Of a DNA stretch of 64,000 nucleotides, positions 1-12,911 are shown piece by piece. The notes below the pieces were generated by a model. It was given only the letters and a program-made list of their open reading frames with translations. It was not told the DNA's origin and searched no databases. The stretch is from positions 41,104,897 through 41,168,896 of the forward strand of contig NC_068997.1 in the NCBI RefSeq assembly GCF_001194135.2. Reading direction: 5' to 3'. The stretch is from Octopus bimaculoides. Taxonomy: Eukaryota. Numbering within the stretch: position 1 is the stretch's first letter; each line of letters starts with the position of its first letter. The translations under genes were made by a program, and so were the position numbers.

Positions 1-593
1 GGTTGACTTTGCCTTTCATCCTTTCAGAGATGCACGGAGCTTAATGAAAATGTTTTAAATAGTATATATAATGTACTGAGCTGTGATAGAAAATTCAGCA
101 AAAAAAGTACTCCATCTGGTGATAGATAAATATCATTTATTTAACAGTCACAATACGGGTATTAAAGTGCTACTAATAGTTTCATTGTTCGTTATGATAT
201 GTGGTTTGCACCTGAAGAATATGTTTGAGTTTTCTCAATGTATGAAACTATTAGTAGCGCTTTAATACACGTATTGTGACCGTTAAATAAATAATATATA
301 TATTTTAGTCCCTGTCTGCAGATGAGACAATTTATAATTGCTTAAACAAATGTAATTGGATCTTAAAAACGTGGAGATTTTTAATTTACAAATGAAGTAT
401 ACAAAAGACATGGCTGTGGAATTTTTATATAAGATGGAGTATGTTGATGGAAATTGGAATCATGAATTGGTAGAGATTAAAGTCATAGCAACAAAAGAAG
501 ACTCAGATTAGACTTCCACAGAAGAGTCATACTCACAGTTATGATGGTATAGATGGTAGCCCTGCTGACCTTAGAAAAGTAGGTGTGTGTGTG

Positions 594-604
594 GCAGCAG
601 CAGC

Positions 605-640
<36 letters not shown>
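594..640 (+). repeat. (GCA)n(AGT)n microsatellite
   Basis: Seen directly. Confidence 0.95.
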
Positions 641-1003
641 TCAGGTTTGATAACTTTCTTGAAGAAAAGCAGTTTTCTCTGTCTTTTACTTCAGCAAGAA
701 CCTCAATTGATTTAAATGCTCCATAGTTTTACTACTGTTATTCATTTAATTGTGTATTAAGAGATGACAAGCAGTTTAATCTCAAAACAATAGAATTCCA
801 TAATAAATACAAGTAAAACTGTTACTTTGCTGGCAAACATTCTTTTTCCTTAAGTTATTAATATTAAATGTTTTCTAATTTTAATACATATAACAGAAAG
901 CATTATTAGCCTGTAGCACCTATAGACACACCTGCACACATATGTCCATACTTAGAAAATATGTTTGTATGTGTGGTGGGAGTTTGTACGTACAGAGAAA
1001 AAG

Positions 1004-1110
1004 CGACAGGCTTCTTTCAGTTTCCATCTACTGAATCCTCTGATGAAGCTTTAGTCAGCTTGGGGTTATAATATCAGTAGCTTGCCCATGACGTCACACA
1101 GTGGCACCAT
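1004..1110 (-). mobile_element. SINE family B fragment (similar fragments at 2300-2420 +, 18120-18240 -, 26325-26470 -, 29270-29450 +, 50170-50360 -, 52170-52315 -)
   Basis: Shared motif ggcttctttcagtttcc...ttgccca...cagtgg. Confidence 0.6.
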
Positions 1111-1203
1111 AGGTAAGTTTCTTCTGATATATCCCCATGTGACTGAGAAAGGAGTCTCTTTACTATGCAGTCATATCTTCATATACCATGCAACCATACC
1201 TGC

Positions 1204-1260
<57 letters not shown>

Positions 1261-1279
1261 GATATATATATATATATAT
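1204..1279. repeat. (TG)n(TA)n compound microsatellite; similar dinucleotide arrays near 14750, 18825, 20140, 22745, 25860, 29795, 34460, 42775, 47855, 50875, 52865 and 62290
   Basis: Seen directly. Confidence 0.95.
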
Positions 1280-3841
1280 AATCACGTGCATTTTCATGTT
1301 TTTATTGTTTGTATTTTCTAAGCAGCTCCTCTGTATTTGAGATAACAAGCTATTATCACCTTCCATTCTTGCTGCATTTTTGTTTTCCCAATTAAATATT
1401 TCTGATCCAGAAGTTTCTCCTTGTTTTCTCTGCATATAACACAAATACAATATCTATCATCATCAATCTCAGGTTTTGTGAAATATAACAATCTTCTGTA
1501 TTAACACCTGCTCAAAGTGGAAGCTTTTTCTGGGTTTTTTTTCCCCCTTATATATTTACTCACCATATTCCACTGATTTAGCCATCGTCTAGCCTCTGCA
1601 GTTTTGCAGTTCAAGCTCCAATCTGACAATATTTTTTGGAAGCAATCAGCTAAAAAAACAATGTTAAGTGTTAGGTTTTTAACAATGAATATTACAGAAA
1701 CTTGCATTAGAAGTGGTTTCTAATTCACATATTGAGGTGTTTAAAACCAAGTAAGGAATGGTATGGAGTCTCAATTAAAAATTGAAGATTATTAATTTCA
1801 CCTTAAAATTTTGCGTAATCATACAGATATAAGTAGGAATATTTCAAAACCATTATTCTATAGATTATATCTATGAAATAGAATTCTTTGGTACTTTAAT
1901 ATTCAATTCTTATTATTTTGATGTTCAACACAGAAGTATCCGTTGCAATTTAATTTCAACATTAGGAAATTTTAAAGTTTCTATGCCTTTATTGTAACCA
2001 AATTATGTTTCAAGTTTGAACAGTTGCATTAAATGTACATCAATTTTTTTTTTATGTTACATTTTTAAATAATTTGTTATACACTAAAATTTTATCTGAT
2101 GGTTAAAGACAGTAACTCTGTTATTATCGTATTTAATGTTTTGTCATACCTGTAGGGATTGAATTGGTTCAATTAATGTATATCAGGTTTGTTTAGAGCT
2201 AGATACCCTAAATATATTTATAATGAGTTAGTAAACTCTATAGTATTGACTAAGTCTGCTACTTGTTTTGTGGACAAGCATATAAAAATTTGAGTTGCAG
2301 CCATGCAGTTTTGAGTTTATTCCCGCTGCATGGCACCTTGGGTAAGTATTTTCTGTAGCCCCAGGCCAGCAATTGCCTTGCAAGTGAATTTGGTTGAAGA
2401 AAACTATACAAAACCAATCATAGATCTGTGTGGTGAGAGAGAGAGCAATTGATAGATAGATAGACAGATAGATTGATTCTTTATACAAGACCATGTCTCA
2501 AAATTTAAGAAAAAAGCTGCGGAATGATAGTTGTTAGAAAAACGCAACACCTATATAAATGTTAGATTGTTCAACTAAATTAATGAAGCCCAGTTTGTCT
2601 TAAGATATAGTGAAGCTAGTTCATCAGTGCTGGATATCTTAGTATATTAGTTAAGTGCTACTAACACAAAATAAAATAAAGTAATTTAGAGTGAATTATG
2701 GCAATTTAGATTGATAGAATGGTGTCATTTGAATATATTTGTCCAGTTCAAGCTGCTTCACAAGATAATCATAAAAAGGAAGATAAGGTATCTTTATATA
2801 TCATCATTTCCGCTAAATAAATGTGCTACAAGATTATTATTCCATTTTATTCCCTGAGATTGAGTAACAAATTTGTTTATACAATAATGAGTTTCTATTC
2901 AAAATAACTGATTTGAAACCATTCCTGTAGTGTTTAGTAACAATGATATCTTACATCTTATCTGTAGTATCAGTCAGATTTTTGAGATTTAACAACCTTA
3001 AAGCTTGCCAAAATATTGATTGCGTCTGGAGTGAACATATGAAAAGTCACTTTTCAATCCATTACCTACTTATTTCTATTTCAACCAAAGATAAGGTTCA
3101 ATAAACTTTCTTCCAAAACATTGTTAAAGAACTGACAGAATTGCTGACAATTCTTTCTTATAGAATTTACTTCTGGATGGAAGTTTAAGTTAGCCAATAA
3201 ATTGCTTTATAACTTTGTATCTTTTTATTGACAAGAATTGGCAAAAGTCCATTCTAGTCTCTTTAGGATGGAGTCTCTTGGGGCAACTTCATTCAGACAT
3301 TTTCATGCCCATTTTAATTTTATTGATTTGCTTTAGTGGCATCAATTTTGATGTTACCAATAACCTAAACAACTCATTGGACATCCTCCTCCACCATTCA
3401 CTTACAGTTGCCACAAGTCTGTTTTCAAAACATTTGGTTAGCTCTTTGTAGGTAACAGTTAATCATTTTACCATTATAAATTGGTTTGGTTTAATATAGA
3501 GTATGCAATTGTAAAAATTTCTACTGTAAACACAAGTCAAATTAACAGCCAAAAATTCAAAAGTAAAGTAAAAGAAAAGCTTATCAGAAAAAGTAGCCAG
3601 CCATAACTAGAGATAATCTTGTGACTGATACTGTCCAACTGTTACTTCTATATTTGATTTGAACTCTGTCGAGGAATTGCAGAGATGTTCCACTAATACA
3701 TAAAAAGCAACAGAGTTTTTTGCATTAACTTATCAAGATTTTGTTTGTCGATATTCTGAATTTCTATAACCAGTCTTCCTTGCATTGTAGTTTTCTATGA
3801 TTGCCAAATGTAGGTCCTAAAACAGACATTTATATTTTCAG

Positions 3842-4071
3842 CTGCATTCCAAGGTCCAGTTGTTGGTTCATCAAGTCCAGCTCCTGGAAGCATCAGTGCC
3901 ACCGTGAGGGATCAAACTGCTGTTAATACTTATCCTACATTGCATTCCACACCTCCCATTGTGAATGCTCCTACATGGAACCCTGCCACACATCCGCCTC
4001 CTCGTAACATCAGTCCTGCTAACACAGGTAGCTCATCAGGTGCTTCACCCCAAGCCGACATCAAAGTAGAG
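3842..4071 (+). CDS. NAB: NAB coding exon, Ser/Pro-rich linker between NCD1 and NCD2 (AFQGPVVGSSSPAPGS...SPQADIKVE)
   Basis: Acceptor atattttcag at 3832-3841, donor GAG|gtaggc at 4072. Open frame, GC-richer than flanks; phase-0 end matches the phase-0 start of exon 42985. Family assignment rests on frame compatibility, since the linker is not conserved. Confidence 0.75.
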
Positions 4072-6289
4072 GTAGGCTTCTCCATTTGTTAACATCTTTT
4101 GTATTCTTGTTAATGTTTAATCGTTATTCTTCCATTCTCACCGTTATTGGTGGTAGTGGTGGTAGTGGCAGTGGTGGTGGTGGTCTCTATTTACAGTGGT
4201 AATTCTTAACAAACATATCATTTATCTTGTGTTAATGATATTATTTAGAGAAATTAATAAATTAAATTCAAGATTTTTTGTAGTTGAGTTAATGTAGAAA
4301 TGATTTTATTCAAAGTCAATATGTGGGCCGTATTTCTGCACCCTACTGAAACTAACAAGTATTCATGGTTTTAATCTCTGAATCATAACATTAGCATCTT
4401 ATCATAAATGTTTAACTTTTGAAATTTTAAAATATTTTTTTGTTAATGTTCGAAGTAATCAAAGGAATAAAAAATATTACTGAAATATTCCAAGATTACT
4501 AAAACATTAGAATGGATGAAAAGTTGAACTCTATTCTGCATTAGAAATTATGGTAGTGAAGACGGATCGAAAATTATTTTAATATCCTTGCTTGTATTAC
4601 TTTGTACTATTTTGACCCAGTTTACTGCTTCCGAGGTAGAACCCTGAAACCTATTTGGAAATTTGACTAAACTATGCCATTCTCATCAAACCCAATGATA
4701 CTGGCTTCAGTTGTAAAAAGGCAAAAAAAGAAAACTCAGTTCTTAAGGTTTTGTGTTAATTCACAGAAACATAAAAGTTCATTGACTTGAAATAATGTTT
4801 TAAAGTTAGGAAATTTCCTAAATCTCTTTTATATTTCGTTTTGAACTTAATTTCCTGAAGGAATATAATTATCAATTGTATTTTGCAAAGTAAAAGGTAA
4901 AATTGTTTAAAGTCTTCCAAATATTTTCAAATGAATTAAATCCTCTTCATCCATTCAACATAACACATTTACAATTTGTAAATTGCAGTTATTTTAATTG
5001 TTGCCTTTGAAGTTATGATTATAAAATATGTTTGATAATTCAGTTTCATTAGCTTTCATTTTTAACGCTGTCTTTTTTAAAAAAACCCAATTAGTTACAA
5101 TGTAACTTAATAATAATACATATCTTAAAAAGAATTATGCTCTTTCTTGGGTAGCAAAATTCTAATTAATAATTTTTGTCTTTAAAAAATTTCATTGGCT
5201 CCTTGTGATGAAAGACCTTATCTACTGCTATGGAAACACAGTTTAAGAAGTACAACCGAGGATCTTTAATGTCATGTCTTTCAAGAAATTTCACTGACCT
5301 ATCAGAGCAGATCTTAATAAAACCTTTTAGAGGCTTCATTGTAAATGTCAGGGATCCACTGCCCAAATCATTGGTTCAATAACAAGGTTTTATGGCTGAT
5401 CAGTTCCCTTATATTGGTTTAGTAATATGGTTTTATGACTGATCAATTGTCAATGCATGTAAACACACCTATTAAATGACTAAAACGTCTTGATATTATC
5501 CAAGTAAATGGCAGCTTGTGTGATAATTTCAAATTTTAAAGTGTCTTTTGTTCTGTCTGATATCAAACTGTTTTTGGTGGAGAGATGTTATTATAATCCT
5601 TACATTATTCTGCTGGAATTTCATGTCATTTATTCATATAACTGCCAACATAAGATTCTTACTTTTTGTGATTTGTCCACCTGCTATTTAGAGGACTTAT
5701 CTTTTCTGTTTCACTTATCATTAAAGTCAACCTCCAGAACATGCCCCATTACAACCTACACAAGAACTCTTGACCAAGATCTGTGTCACTACACTTGTTC
5801 CCTGAGGTTTGTGCATTTCAAAATGCCTAAAAAAGCCATTTTTTCAAAATCTAAAATAGACCCCCACACCTTGCAATACTGCTTTTGTCAAAATACGCAT
5901 CCAGCACCCTTTTAAAGGAGTTAAAAACGCAGTTGTCATCATCATTTCATTAACATTGTTACTATTAAAGTGTTATCATTCCCACTGCAAAAGGGTGTGG
6001 TAAACTGGAGCAAGAAGTCAAAAGAAAATACAAAAGGAAAAAAATAAGAAACTTTTTACTTTTCCAAGTAGTTGATTATCTTCAGGCTTCTTGCCAAAAT
6101 TTACATTCAATTCATTTTATTAACATTGTACACAAGTACAATGAAAGTGGATTACATTCTCTCTTTCCTATGTCTCTCTCATGGAACATTCTTATCTACA
6201 CATTCTACTAAAATGATCATTTCAATTTAACTTCCTTCCAAACTTGCTAACACTGTCAAACTCTACTGTAACATCATATTTCTATATTG

Positions 6290-7290
6290 CATGTTGAAGA
6301 CATTTTATGTAAATTAACAAACTGTTCTGAAGTTCTCAACACTCACCAAGCTATTCTAACAATCTTCCATGTTACATGGGAAAAATTCCATGCCAAAATA
6401 CATATTCTCTTACAAATTACCATCTTTTAACACTTATTTTACAAATCCAAATGATTATGGGGTAATAATAAGCTCCTAATTCATCTAGAAAACAATCTTG
6501 CTTCTCAGTGACCAACAGTATGCCTTTCGTTCAAACAGGTCAACCGGTGACCTACTGTTGTATATCACCTCCAATGGCCCTCGACCACGAAGCATCATGG
6601 GGAAAGCAGAGCAGTTGCACTTGACATAAACAAGGGTTTTGATAAACTCCAATACCAAGATCTCAGCAAGGTATTCTCATGAAATCCAGCCAAACATCTG
6701 AAATTGGCAGGCTAACTCTTGAGTCTAACCACTCTATGGTTAGCCATCAGCAATGTTCTTTCCAAAATCCTACCCATGCACTATAAGTTATCAACATCCT
6801 GCTCTTCTCTACCAAGGACTTTTATTCATTCTTCTGTTGAAAAAACTAATACATCTGTCTTCCTGCCATACTTCACAAACTTCTATGCCAATCTTGAAAG
6901 GATTTATGTGCCACTGTTTGAAGCATGGATTCTAATTTCAAACTTACTCAAAAATGGTGCTCCAGAAACTTTATTTCATTTAACCAACAACACAATCACT
7001 CCAAAATGACAAGCAAGAAAGACAAGTATGATCTTTACATTTCCATGGTTAGCACATCACTGAACATTTTCTTTTTTCAACTAACTTTACCTATTGAGAA
7101 AACAGCATTTGTTTCATTAAGGTTGTATCTTAAAAAGCTGGTCTTCCTATCCATAGAAAGATACTTTCAACATTCAGCAAGCTGCCATTTCTTACACATA
7201 AAAAAACTTCAGCTCAGACTGCAAATGGAGCATTGCTCACATCTGGAGAAACTTATTAGCAGATATTTCTACACTGGCTTATCTTTAATT
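6290..7290 (+). mobile_element. Decayed non-LTR retrotransposon (LINE, CR1/L2/Jockey-like) reverse transcriptase fragment
   Basis: Remnant RT motifs DQQYAFRSNRSTGDLL (6510-6557; cf. QYGFRxxRST), AVALDINKGFDKL (6611-6649; cf. ALDISKAFDxV) and LQMEHCSH (about 7220; cf. PxMEYCSHIW). Frameshifted with stops. Confidence 0.75.
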
Positions 7291-8941
7291 CTGTCTTTTC
7301 TTATATAAAAAAAAAAATAATAACAATAATCATAATAAATTCTAATAGGTGACTGGTTTTTGACAGTAATTTTTTTATTATTTAATGTTTCTGAAAACAT
7401 TCAGAAAAAACCTTTCACCAAATCTTTGAAATTCTTGCCAAGAATTTGGCATTAATTCAATATCGTCATTTCTTCCAATTTTATAATAAAAGTTGTCAAA
7501 AAATTGTCTTCTTAATTCTAGACTTTGTTTTAAAATTCTTTACAAATGTTTTAATTATTCTTATCGACTAACCATTCATTTTCAAGTATGAATCTGAAAA
7601 CTATTTGCTCAGAAATGTAATATCTTCTAATATGTGCATGCCTAAGCTTGGTTTTTACAAATTTGATTTAAAAAAAAAATATCAAGTAAAATCCATGTTT
7701 TACAAAATACAACATCTTGACAGTAGTTTTAGCTAGGAATTCTTTGTTTTTATCTCAGAAGCTTTTATGATAATTGTCCATGTATCATTAAAATGCTCAA
7801 TTATTATTGCAAATTAAGCAAAATCATGAAATTCTCCCTTCAATGAGGCCATTGGTTGTTTTCTTATTTCTATATGTCATACTCAGTCATTATACTAAAT
7901 GGCATTCCAAGGAGATGTTTATTATGTTGAAAGATATGTAATGTAAGAATGTTGCCTAATGGTTTTGTAATGACGACCATGACAAATAAAGTAAAACTAC
8001 ACAGTATTTCAATATGACTTCTAAATTAATCTCTACTTCTTAAGAACTAAGTTATTTTCCCAATATTTCATTTACTTATTCCCTAATGAAGCTTATTTTC
8101 ACTAAGATTTCAGTCTTCTTTTGATTATAAATCTATATATGAAAATTTGTACCCTCTACATAAATTTCTTTCCAAATTTACATCATAAACATTTCAAAAT
8201 GTTTTGAATTCTCTGTACAGGGTTTGCTTTAAAAATATTCTTGAAGCATTACTTTAAATCTAGTGAGAAAACTGATTATCCTCTTCTCTAGCAAACCTCA
8301 CTGATAATTTAGCAAAATACCATTCTATCAGTGTTTAGCTTCAGTAGCTATCTCACTACACTAGTTTCCTCTTTCAAAAATATATTTGCAATGATTTGCA
8401 TTTCTTGAAGATGGTATTGGCAGTTATTGAAATTTTCTGGTTAGTATGAATATATATTCTGATGTTTTCACACCAAGATGTTTCCCCACTTACAAAATTT
8501 TATAAAGTTTAATATTTTTTTTGTTAGAAGTAACAATTCTTTGCTCCTACTGTTAGATTTTGTAAGTTGTGTAAAAATAGTGCACAGAGCATTGATGGTA
8601 ATTTAAATTTCCTGTCAACCCCTTCTTAATCATACGCAAACTCAGTTCTCCCAATTATGTTATATATAAAAAATATATATATATATTTCTCTCCCTAACT
8701 TATAGATTATGAAATTCTTAAAGATCACATATAGCTGTATCTTTTGTTTTCAGAATGCTACATCTATATTGCATGGCTTCTATCTTTATTTTACCTTTTT
8801 ACTAGTTCTGCTTTGATCCTTTCTAACACATTCATGTAGAGTGAAAACAATCACTTTGAAATGTCTTCTTTAAACTAGCAACAAAATTTATCCATTCATT
8901 TTATTTATTTTTATTTTCATTTATTTTTTTGTCACATCCAG

Positions 8942-8959
8942 AGGAACTCTGGCAGTATG
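8942..8959 (+). CDS. NAB: Candidate 18-nt in-frame microexon (RNSGSM)
   Basis: About 60-nt AG-free T-rich tract ending gtcacatccag, then AGGAACTCTGGCAGTATG, then donor gttggt; phase 0-0. Confidence 0.35.
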
Positions 8960-9359
8960 GTTGGTATATATTGATGTTTACTTTCTTATTGTCTCTCATT
9001 CTTAGCGTATATTGCTAAGAAAAATCTGATCAAGTGAGAGAACTCGACTTGCCATCACTTTCCACTAACTGTTGGTAGCCCCAGTGGTGGTCAATTGATG
9101 GAAAGTAACAACATTAAGTACTTTAATGTCAGCATCAGCATTAATAAAATCTCTTCATAGCTATAGTCATAGGTCAAATATCATCTGCTGTTGTGTCATT
9201 TTGCTGAACTACACATACAATTCTGAGGCCATTCTGACAATACATTAACACTGCATAATGATATATTATTGTTGTTTATTGCTCAGACCTTCAGTCAGTG
9301 AAGTAGCTAGTTGTCCTCAGCTTGTAGGAAAGGAAAATATTAAAAAATGTAGCACCTGG

Positions 9360-9524
9360 CTTCTTCTTCTTCTTCTTCTTCTTCTTCTTCTTCTTCTTCT
9401 TCTTCTTCTTCTTCTTCTTCTTCTTCTTCTTCTTCTTCTTCTTCTTCTTCTTCTTCTTCTTCTTCTTCTTCTTCTTCTTCTTCTTCTTCTTCTTCTTCTT
9501 CTTCTTCTTCTTCTTCTTCTTCTT

Positions 9525-9584
<60 letters not shown>
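9360..9584 (+). repeat. Perfect (CTT)65 followed by (ATT)10
   Basis: Counted directly: 9360-9554 is 195 nt of CTT; 9555-9584 is ATT x10. Confidence 0.98.
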
Positions 9585-10008
9585 TGGTTGCTAATTCCAT
9601 CTCTGTTATCTGCCTTAGACCCAAAGGATCAATTAAAACATTTCGTTAGAATGATACCTAATTTAGTCATAATTTTGCCTTTAAGAACAGAAAGACAACA
9701 TAAAAATGGAAATTCCTTTAAAAGCAATTGAATTTCCTAGGAGTTTATCAAGAAAATATTCAGTTTTACAACAATATTTTTGAAAATGACCCTTATTGTT
9801 AGACTTCATTATTAATTCAATGGCATGTTCCAGAGAATAGATATGTTCTAAGAATTTGTCTACATTTCTCTCTCCTATTCCTTCCCATTAATGTGTTGCA
9901 GTGAGTGTTGCAGATATGTCATACTTCATAGTATTTGCACAGAATAATAATTTATATAATTATTTAGATTTTCATTGAGCTTTCACATTTTTTTTTTTTC
10001 AAATTTAG

Positions 10009-10059
10009 GCTCTTGTCATCCCTCCTAGCATGCCCTCATTAACTGGACACAATAATATG
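10009..10059 (+). CDS. NAB: Candidate 51-nt in-frame exon (ALVIPPSMPSLTGHNNM)
   Basis: T12-caaatttag acceptor, 17 open codons with linker-like Pro/Ser content, weak donor ATG|gtttta; phase 0-0. Confidence 0.4.
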
Positions 10060-12014
10060 GTTTTAATAAAATTTCGGCATTGTTTAAATTATTTTCCTTA
10101 TCATATGTTACTTTGCTATTTTTCTAATTCTTTGTACTTTTTTCTTCATAATATAATTTGCCATATAAGACAAGTATTTTAGATTTTAAATACACAATCA
10201 ATGAATGCATATTTAGACAAATAAGCTGGAACATTCTGGAGTGAATTCTTATTTCTTTCTCCTTTATTTTATTCAAAAAAGACTCAGTTTTTCTCCAGTG
10301 TGTCTGTCAGCTTTATTGAAAATGTGCAATGTTATAGAGTAGTACTGCATATAAGAGATGTAGTTCCATAGTTGCGGCTGACTTTTAATGGAAAATCTGA
10401 TACAAAAATGTCACAACTCATCAATATGAAAATGTTAAGTTTTTCAAAATCTAATTATAATTTAAGCCTTTTGAATGCTATTGAATTTAATATATAAAAT
10501 AAATTATGTTGTAGCTGATAATTTTAAAATAGTTCCTTTTCTGAAGAAATTTTCATGTTTGTCTATTCATTAAATTTCTTTGCATTTAGATTATGATGCT
10601 ATTTGTTAATAAGATTTGTTGCAGTAGTATACTGAGAAACAAAAAAGAAATGATGATGATAATAATAATAATAATAATAATAACAATAACAATGTATATA
10701 AATTGTTGATAAAAACAAATCAAGAAAAATGGACTTTTTTCTAATTCTTTTGTCTGATTTTGATAGTTAATAATTAATTCAGCTAATCAATTTTATCAGT
10801 ATAGATTTGAAATATAAGCCAAAATAATTTCTCAAAATAGAATATTACCTTAAACCTGATTTTATGCATTCCAGCTTAGCTAGTGGCTCATCATTTCACC
10901 TTTCAATATTGTACTTTTATTCCACGTTATTAGTGTGGAAATTAACTTTTTAAATTAGTAATATACTAATGAGTTTGTTTTTGTTTTTTTTTTCTCTTCT
11001 GTCATGAACTGATTTATAACTTCATCCATTATAAAACTAATACATCTATTGAGCGAATTTTAGACTTTAACAAATCACAACATTAATAAAACTGGCATAT
11101 TTTAAACCCACTCAACTTTGTCGAAGCTCACTTACTGGTATGACAAGATCTTTTGTCAGTATCATTGACGACAAATATGTGGAGTTCCATTCTTAATTAT
11201 GAAACATCATTGCACTCCTAGTCACAACTGTGATAAATATTTTGATGAACAAAATATTTTTAAATATTTTAGTTTTCCCATATTTTTATTTCAAGTATTT
11301 TTTTCTTTCTCCTTCTCTCTCTCTCTCTCTATTCACTCAATATTCGTCGTCATCATCAGCATCACGTGACTTAAATACACTTTCATTGATTTTTATGGAA
11401 ACGTTGTTTAAATTATTGCTGAAAAAGACATTCTTTTATGAAATATAAATTTTGTGTAATTTGCATGTTAATGAGGCCTTAGAATAGACAACTCTCACAC
11501 ACACAATGCTACATGAGATTTACATATTGTTCGTTTTATTAGAGAAAGAGAGAAAAATTTACTTCAGTTATACATGTACTGAACTGCTTATTACAGAAAC
11601 CTACAGAAAAAGAAACCACAAAACCATATGTGTATTTGGTTATGTCATTTTGTGTTAAGAGTAAAAGTACATTTTTCTCTGTTTTACACGAAATTATTAA
11701 TCTGACATCACTAACCATTGAATCATTTATGTAGTCATATGTAAGTATGTATTAATTACTGTTAGAAATTATCTTTAAATGGAATTAACTTTACTACCAC
11801 ACTGCTAGCTATACTGCCACTACCACCCTAAATGAAACTCCTTATATTGTAATGTGTACAGTGTTTTGTATGTTTACTATGTAAATACAGTAAAGAGAAC
11901 ATGGAGACACATGGAATGACCTTTGGGTCACTGAAATGTTGAAATAACTTTGAAAACGAAATCAGTTATAATTGTGATTGCATACAATGACACACACACA
12001 CATACACACACATG

Positions 12015-12214
12015 CAGTATCTACTCATGTATAAGTCACACTCTTGTATAAGTCACACTCATGTATAAGTTGCACCCCTCATTTAATGTTAAGTTTTGGT
12101 ACAAAATTTTTTCCCCTGCATAGTTTTTACTTTGTCCCATGTGTAAGTCATGCCCCAGGTTTTTCAGTTAAAATCAAATATAGAATAGTGTGGCTTTTAT
12201 ACAAGTAGATACAG
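12015..12214. mobile_element. Tc2/pogo-like MITE
   Basis: Imperfect terminal inverted repeats cagtatctactcatgtataagtcacac and gtgtggcttttatacaagtagatacag; a 16-nt subterminal unit is repeated three times on the left. Confidence 0.6.
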
Positions 12215-12759
12215 TGTGTGTGTGTGTGTAGGTGTGCTTATATTGTATGTTTCTGAATTGTCAAAGAGGATAGGGCACTTGGTACAAAGTATGATATGTA
12301 AAGAAGATTAAAAAAAAGTTTGAATATCTAATGTAAATATTCATTAACTGAATATTTTATAGCAAATACTGTGTTTATAAGCAACCTTGGTATGTTAATG
12401 TCCACAGTATTATTGGTTAAATATTGAAGGGCTGTCATAAAGAATGATAATGATGCAGTTGATTTTTTAACTCCAGCCCTGATCAAACAGATCATTGATC
12501 AATGGCATTCCACATGTGACCATGAATATTTTTATTTCAGACAACGTATGTCATACTACAGTATGTCCTTTTTGTAACAGTTGGTTGATATTTGAGGAAG
12601 ATTTAATTTCTATTTCTAGCAGGTCAGCTGACCACATAGAGTGTTTCCTTTTGGGTTTGAGTTAAATGTTTATTTATCGTATGTGTGTGGTGTGCATGTG
12701 ACTATGGATGTGAACTTGGACTATATTCCAATTGTGAGATTTGGTTCAACAAGGCATAC

Positions 12760-12911
12760 CAGTGGTTCCCAATCATTCAGCTAGCAAGGACACATTTCAT
12801 GTAAATGAATCATTCTCACACAGATCCCCCAAAACTTTCAAAAGGTCTGTCTACTCTGCAAATTTTTGAACTCACCTCACCAATCTGCAGCACTGCCCTT
12901 GGGAACCACTG
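12760..12911. mobile_element. hAT (Charlie-like) MITE
   Basis: Perfect 13-bp TIRs CAGTGGTTCCCAA and TTGGGAACCACTG; the 8-bp target site duplication is no longer recognisable. Confidence 0.7.

Noticed and set aside
1163-1450. Minus-strand ORF with an acceptor-like site (RKQGETSGSE...)
   Set aside because: The antisense of T-rich intron is A-rich and stop-poor, so such ORFs are expected; donors are weak and there is no recognisable motif.
9258-9731. 157-aa poly-Leu/poly-Ile ORF
   Set aside because: Translation of the (CTT)65(ATT)10 microsatellite; no splice or homology support.
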